Positions 59,244 to 64,000 of a stretch of DNA of 64,000 nucleotides are shown in pieces; positions within the stretch are counted from its first letter, which is position 1, and every line of letters starts with the position of its first letter. Source of the stretch: Flavobacteriales bacterium. GTDB taxonomy: Bacteria > Bacteroidota > Bacteroidia > Flavobacteriales > BACL11. The notes beneath the pieces are model-generated. The model made no database searches. It had not been told where the DNA came from and worked only from the letters and a program-made list of their open reading frames with translations. A program made the translations under genes and the position numbers. The stretch covers positions 1,211,159 to 1,275,158 of the forward strand of contig OZ238992.1 in assembly GCA_965183885.1 (NCBI GenBank), in the 5' to 3' direction.

Positions 59244-62200
59244 ATGTTGAGAAAGATTTATTTGATAGCAGCTTTAGCATTAACTTCTACTTTTGCTTTT
59301 GCACAAACAGGAACCTTAAAAGGGGTTATAACAGACGCAATGACAGGGGAGCCAATTCCTTTTGCTAATGTGGTTATTGAGAAAAATGGAAATCAATCAG
59401 GAGGAACAGCTACTGATTTTGATGGAAACTTTACTATTAAACCAATTGAACCAGGTAATTATGACCTTACAGCAATGTTTGTTGGTTATGGTACGGTTAA
59501 AATTACAGGAGTGATTATATCTGCAAACAAAATTACATATCGTGATGTGAAGTTGCAGGAGGGTATTGCTATTGGTGAGGTTAAAATTATCGCCTATAAA
59601 AAACCGCTTTTAGATCAAGATAATCTTTCTGGAGAAACAAAGACAGCTGAAGAGATAGTTGCTTTGCCAACAAAAAATATTAACTCTATAGCATCAACTA
59701 CCGCAGGTATTTATCAAAAGGATGAGGGTGATGATGTAAATATGAGAGGGTCTAGAGATAATGCTACTTCTTATTATGTAAATGGTATTAAGGTTAGGGG
59801 GTCTATGGGGATTCCTACTTCTGGTATTGAGCAAATAACTGTAGTTACAGGTGGTTTGCCAGCGCAATATGGAGATGCTACCGGAGGAATAATTTCAGTT
59901 ACTACTAAAGGGCCTTCTAATAAGATTTTTGGAGGGCTTGAGTTTGAAACATCTTCCTTGTTTGACGATTATAATTATAACTTATTAGGATTCTCACTTT
60001 CTGGTCCTATTTTAAGAAAACGTAAATTGGATGGAAGTAAAGGGAACTCGATGTTAGGATATTTCTTATCTGGTGAGTTTTCGGATATTGATGATCCAGA
60101 TCCTTCAGCAATTGGAATGTGGAAAGTAAAGGATGATGTTTTGGCTGATTTAAAGGCAACACCTTTTATTGTAGCTCCTAATGCTTCAGCTGGATTCTTA
60201 AGTACTTCAGAGTTTTTGTCAGAAAATGATTTTGAAAATGTACAAGCTAAGCTGAATACAAATGAAAGAAAAATAAATATTTCTGGAAGTTTAGATTTTA
60301 AACCTTCTAAGAATACATTCTTATCTTTTGGAGGAACATATTATGCTGAAAATAAAAGAGATTATTCTAGATTAGGCTCAATGTTTTCTTGGGAAGATAA
60401 TAGAGAGCATACAGAAAACACATATAGAATTTTTGGTAAGTTAACTCAAAAATTTGGGTCTGAAGAGTCTAATGAAGAAAGTAGTTCTGCTACTATTAAA
60501 AATGCGTTCTTCACTATTCAAGGAGATTATACTAGTAATAAGGAGACTTGGATGGATGCAAATCATAAAGAAGATTTATTTAAGTATGGTTATGTAGGTA
60601 AATTCGAAACATTTAAAACTCCAATGTATACACAAGGTGTTGCTACAGATTCTACTTCAGGTATTGTCTATACAGGTAATATGTTAAGTGGTTGGGGAGA
60701 TACTCTGTATACGTTTACTCCAGGAGGAGTGAATCCTGGTTTGGAGAATTATACTAGTGCTTATTATGATATGTTTGCTGATTACGGAATGTCTTCATTT
60801 ATGTTAGGTATAGCAGGTAGTCCTAATGATGGGGTAATAAGAACAGCAGCTGATTTAAAGGGACAGGGATTAATGAATGGTAATCTTCCAGAAAATGTAT
60901 ATTCATTATATGATAATCATGGAGATGCATATAACCGTTCAATTAAAAGACATAATACACAAACTAGTTTTAAAGCTTCAGGATCAGCAGATGTTAAGTC
61001 TCATGAGTTTTCTTTTGGGTTTGAGTTTGAGCAAAGAGAAGATTATTATTGGAGTTCATTGCCAATGAATTTATGGAATTTGATGCGTCAGCAGGCAAAT
61101 AAACATATTTTAGAAAGAGATTTGTCTAACCCTCACCCAGTATATGATGAGCATGGTATTTACCAAGATACAGTAAATTACGATAGACTATATATTGAGA
61201 GTGAAGAGTCATGGTTCTCTAATCAATTTAGAGCTGAACATGGTGTTGGGCAATTGGAGTTTATTGATATTGATTCTTATGGGCCTGAAGCTTTTGCTTT
61301 AAATATGTTTAGTCCTGATGAATTATTAAACAATGGATCTTCTTCAGTTTATTATTATGGTTATGATATTTATGGAAATAAAAATAATTCGAATCCAACT
61401 TTAGATGATTTTTTCTCAGCTAAAGATGCAAATGGAAACTTTAAAAGAGAAATAGCTCCTTTTAAACCTGTTTATACAGCAGGTTATATACAAGATAAGT
61501 TTGCAATTGATGATTTAATTTTTAACATAGGATTAAGGGTAGATCGTTTTGATGCTAACCAGAAAGTATTGAAAGATAAATATTTACTTTATAGTGCATA
61601 TACTGCAGGAGAAAATCAAGGTTTGATTAACTCAACTGATATTCCTTCTACTATTGGAAATGATTATGTAGTTTATGTTGATGATATTTCTGAGCCTTCA
61701 ACAATAGTTGGGTATAGAGATGGAGATACTTGGTATAATGATGAAGGATTAGTTATTTCTGACCCTACATTATTGTCAGAAGCAGCAGGAGGGAATATTG
61801 CTCCTTATTTAAAAAATCCTGAGAACGCAAAGAGTGGAGTAATAACTACAGATGCTTTTGAAGATTATAAGCCAGAGACTGTGTTTATGCCAAGAATTGC
61901 ATTCTCATTCCCAATATCAGATGAGGCTCAATTTTTCGCACATTATGATGTGTTAACACAAAGGCCTCCTGAAGGAAATAGAATTGAACCTACAAGCTAC
62001 TTATCTTTAGCTAATAGTGTTGGAGCTATTATAAATAACCCTAATTTAAAGCCTGAAAAAACAGTTGATTATGAGTTAGGTTTTGCAAAAACACTTTCTT
62101 TAAAATCAGCTTTAAAAATATCAGCTTTTTATAAAGAGCTAAGAGATATGATACAGCGTACAAATACATTGGCTGCTTACCCTGCTACTTATATTACGTA

Positions 62201-62933
62201 TAATAATATTGATTTTGGTACGGTAAAAGGAATGTCTGTTAATTATGATTTAAGAAGAACAAATAATGTGCAGTTAACAGCAAATTACACAATGCAATTT
62301 GCTGATGGTACAGGGTCTTCTGCAACTTCAGGTCAGTCTCTTGTTTCTACAGGGCAACCAAATTTACGTTCAACAATCCCTTTAGCTTACGATCAAAGAC
62401 ATGCAATTTCTGCTTCTGTTGATTATAGGTACGGAAATGGTAAAGATTATGATGGTCCTGTTGTATTTGGAGCAAAAATATTTGAAGATGCTGGAGCTAA
62501 TGTTATGTTAGCGGCAGGTTCTGGAACTCCTTATTCAAGACAAGCAAATATAACTCAGGAAGGAGCTGAAGGGTTAAATGATCGTTCTACCTTAGAAGGG
62601 AGTTTAAATGGTTCACGTTTGCCTTGGCAATTCCGTATTAATGCAAAAATTAATAAGGAATTTGAAATTAAGTGGAGTGATAAAAAAAGCTCGCAATTAA
62701 ATATATATTTACAAGTACAAAACTTATTAAATGCTCAAAATATTATTTCAGTATATAGAGCTACAGGTAATGCTAATGATGATGGGTATTTAACTTCGTC
62801 AGCTGCTCAAAATGCAATTGCAGGTAAAAATGACCCTAGTGCATTTGAATATTTATATGCATTAAAAGTAAACAATCCTTCTAACTACAGCATGCCAAGA
62901 ATGTGGAGAGCAGGAATTAGTATTCAATTTTAG
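59244..62933 (+). CDS. large TonB-dependent-receptor-like outer-membrane protein with N-terminal carboxypeptidase-regulatory-like domain
   Basis: 1229 aa with a signal peptide. The CarbopepD_reg-like start is TGTLKGVITDAMTGEPIPFANV. The plug has NMRGSR..YYVNGIKV and GLPAQYGDATGGIISVTTK. The barrel ends ..GISIQF. Confidence 0.8.
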   Translation: MLRKIYLIAALALTSTFAFAQTGTLKGVITDAMTGEPIPFANVVIEKNGNQSGGTATDFDGNFTIKPIEPGNYDLTAMFVGYGTVKITGVIISANKITYRDVKLQEGIAIGEVKIIAYKKPLLDQDNLSGETKTAEEIVALPTKNINSIASTTAGIYQKDEGDDVNMRGSRDNATSYYVNGIKVRGSMGIPTSGIEQITVVTGGLPAQYGDATGGIISVTTKGPSNKIFGGLEFETSSLFDDYNYNLLGFSLSGPILRKRKLDGSKGNSMLGYFLSGEFSDIDDPDPSAIGMWKVKDDVLADLKATPFIVAPNASAGFLSTSEFLSENDFENVQAKLNTNERKINISGSLDFKPSKNTFLSFGGTYYAENKRDYSRLGSMFSWEDNREHTENTYRIFGKLTQKFGSEESNEESSSATIKNAFFTIQGDYTSNKETWMDANHKEDLFKYGYVGKFETFKTPMYTQGVATDSTSGIVYTGNMLSGWGDTLYTFTPGGVNPGLENYTSAYYDMFADYGMSSFMLGIAGSPNDGVIRTAADLKGQGLMNGNLPENVYSLYDNHGDAYNRSIKRHNTQTSFKASGSADVKSHEFSFGFEFEQREDYYWSSLPMNLWNLMRQQANKHILERDLSNPHPVYDEHGIYQDTVNYDRLYIESEESWFSNQFRAEHGVGQLEFIDIDSYGPEAFALNMFSPDELLNNGSSSVYYYGYDIYGNKNNSNPTLDDFFSAKDANGNFKREIAPFKPVYTAGYIQDKFAIDDLIFNIGLRVDRFDANQKVLKDKYLLYSAYTAGENQGLINSTDIPSTIGNDYVVYVDDISEPSTIVGYRDGDTWYNDEGLVISDPTLLSEAAGGNIAPYLKNPENAKSGVITTDAFEDYKPETVFMPRIAFSFPISDEAQFFAHYDVLTQRPPEGNRIEPTSYLSLANSVGAIINNPNLKPEKTVDYELGFAKTLSLKSALKISAFYKELRDMIQRTNTLAAYPATYITYNNIDFGTVKGMSVNYDLRRTNNVQLTANYTMQFADGTGSSATSGQSLVSTGQPNLRSTIPLAYDQRHAISASVDYRYGNGKDYDGPVVFGAKIFEDAGANVMLAAGSGTPYSRQANITQEGAEGLNDRSTLEGSLNGSRLPWQFRINAKINKEFEIKWSDKKSSQLNIYLQVQNLLNAQNIISVYRATGNANDDGYLTSSAAQNAIAGKNDPSAFEYLYALKVNNPSNYSMPRMWRAGISIQF

Positions 62934-62965
62934 ATAAATTAAAAGTTTAGAAAAACAGAACATTT

Positions 62966-64000
62966 ATGAATAAGACAATTAAAAAAATCGTATTTTTCTC
63001 ATTAGCAATTATTACTTCAAGTATAGTGGCTAAAGAAAATGTTAATCATTTAGGAGCAACAGTTGTTGTTAATACTAAGGTAGTAGCAGGTTGTGCGCCA
63101 TCTGCATCTAAAACAGATTTAGATATAAATAATGTAAGGGCCACTATTATGGGGGCTGGAGATATGTGGTGGAACTTATCTGATGCTCAATATGAAATTC
63201 CTAAAGGAGGAAATAAAAATTCCCTTTTTGCAGGAGCATTATGGATAGGTGGTGTTGATGATGGAGGGCAATTAAAAGTTGCAGCAATGACATATCGCCA
63301 AAGTGGTGATGATTTTTGGCCTGGTCCTTTGGATGAAGTTACTGCTACTATTACTTCTGATGAATGTTATAAGTGGGATCAGCATTTTAAAGTGACTAGA
63401 GCAGAGGTTGAAGAACATGTAGCTCGTTTTGGCGATCCTACTTATGTTATACCAAATTCTATTTTAGATTGGCCAGCAAGTGGAAGTCCTTTTGTTGGTG
63501 CTGATAGAGATCTTGCACCTTTCTTTGATTTTAATGAAGATGGGAGGTATGATCCTTATGACGGAGATTATCCTGACTATAATATAACAGGTACTAATAA
63601 AGAAGCTGCTTTGTTTGGGGACCAAACTCTATGGTGGGTATTTAATGATAAAGGAAATATTCATACTGAATTTGAGGCAACTCCTGTAGGAATAGAAATT
63701 CATGCTCAAGCCTTTGGTTTTGCTGCTGATAATGAGGTGAATGATATGACATTTTATAACTATAAAATTATAAATCGTTCTACTTTACCACTTAACAATA
63801 CTTACTTTGGGCAATGGGTAGATCCTGATTTAGGGAATTATTTAGATGATTATGTAGGTTGTGATGTTGAGTTAGGATTAGGATTTTGTTATAATGGAGA
63901 CGCTGAGGATGAAGGAGCTACAGGGTATGGGTTTAATCCTCCTGCTATTGGTGTAGACTTTTTTCAAGGTCCTTTAGCTGATGCAGGCGATGGAGTTGAT
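62966..64000 (+). CDS. secreted protein of unknown function (3' end outside window)
   Basis: ATG at 62966 with an open frame to the window end (345 codons) and an N-terminal signal-like segment IVFFSLAIITSSIVA. It is not in the ORF track because no stop falls within the window. Confidence 0.6.
   Translation, partial: MNKTIKKIVFFSLAIITSSIVAKENVNHLGATVVVNTKVVAGCAPSASKTDLDINNVRATIMGAGDMWWNLSDAQYEIPKGGNKNSLFAGALWIGGVDDGGQLKVAAMTYRQSGDDFWPGPLDEVTATITSDECYKWDQHFKVTRAEVEEHVARFGDPTYVIPNSILDWPASGSPFVGADRDLAPFFDFNEDGRYDPYDGDYPDYNITGTNKEAALFGDQTLWWVFNDKGNIHTEFEATPVGIEIHAQAFGFAADNEVNDMTFYNYKIINRSTLPLNNTYFGQWVDPDLGNYLDDYVGCDVELGLGFCYNGDAEDEGATGYGFNPPAIGVDFFQGPLADAGDGVD

Noticed and set aside
1-64000. Scanned for CRISPR arrays, rRNA, transposases/IS elements, reverse transcriptases (retron/DGR) and known defence-system signatures
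   Set aside because: None were seen by eye. The only regular repeats are the coding infB repeat and a 12-bp duplication at 59211. A computational repeat search could still find dispersed repeats I cannot detect manually.

Overview
This is a low-GC Bacteroidota (Flavobacteriia-like) chromosomal window. Bases 1 to about 6.8 kb are the right-hand end of an integrated phage-like element. It is a tightly coupled plus-strand operon: a 5'-truncated protein, a 770-aa HExxH protein, a Lys-rich protein, a RadA-core-only ATPase, two small membrane proteins and a GH108 muramidase. A convergent IntDOT-type tyrosine integrase follows. By eye this block is richer in G+C (sampled 60-nt lines 43-47%) than the rest of the window (sampled lines 18-38%). 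The remaining ~57 kb looks like ordinary core genome: tRNA-Gln, rimP-nusA-infB, pabB, tilS, a DsbD-like reductase, comM/yifB, secA, tag, hldD, alaS, grpE-dnaJ, murA, ahcY, natAB-like ABC genes, TonB-dependent receptors, and a TPP riboswitch next to pnuC and an NR-kinase-like gene. I saw no CRISPR array, rRNA, transposase or recognisable defence system. The most unusual signals are in the phage block, where short C-terminal peptide modules are shared combinatorially by three consecutive proteins. Two regulatory arrangements also stand out: a terminator/promoter/attenuator leader between tRNA-Gln and rimP, and a TPP aptamer sitting inside a co-directional vitamin-salvage gene string. I cannot claim a new system with confidence. 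All family assignments are from motif recognition by eye and need HMM or structure searches.
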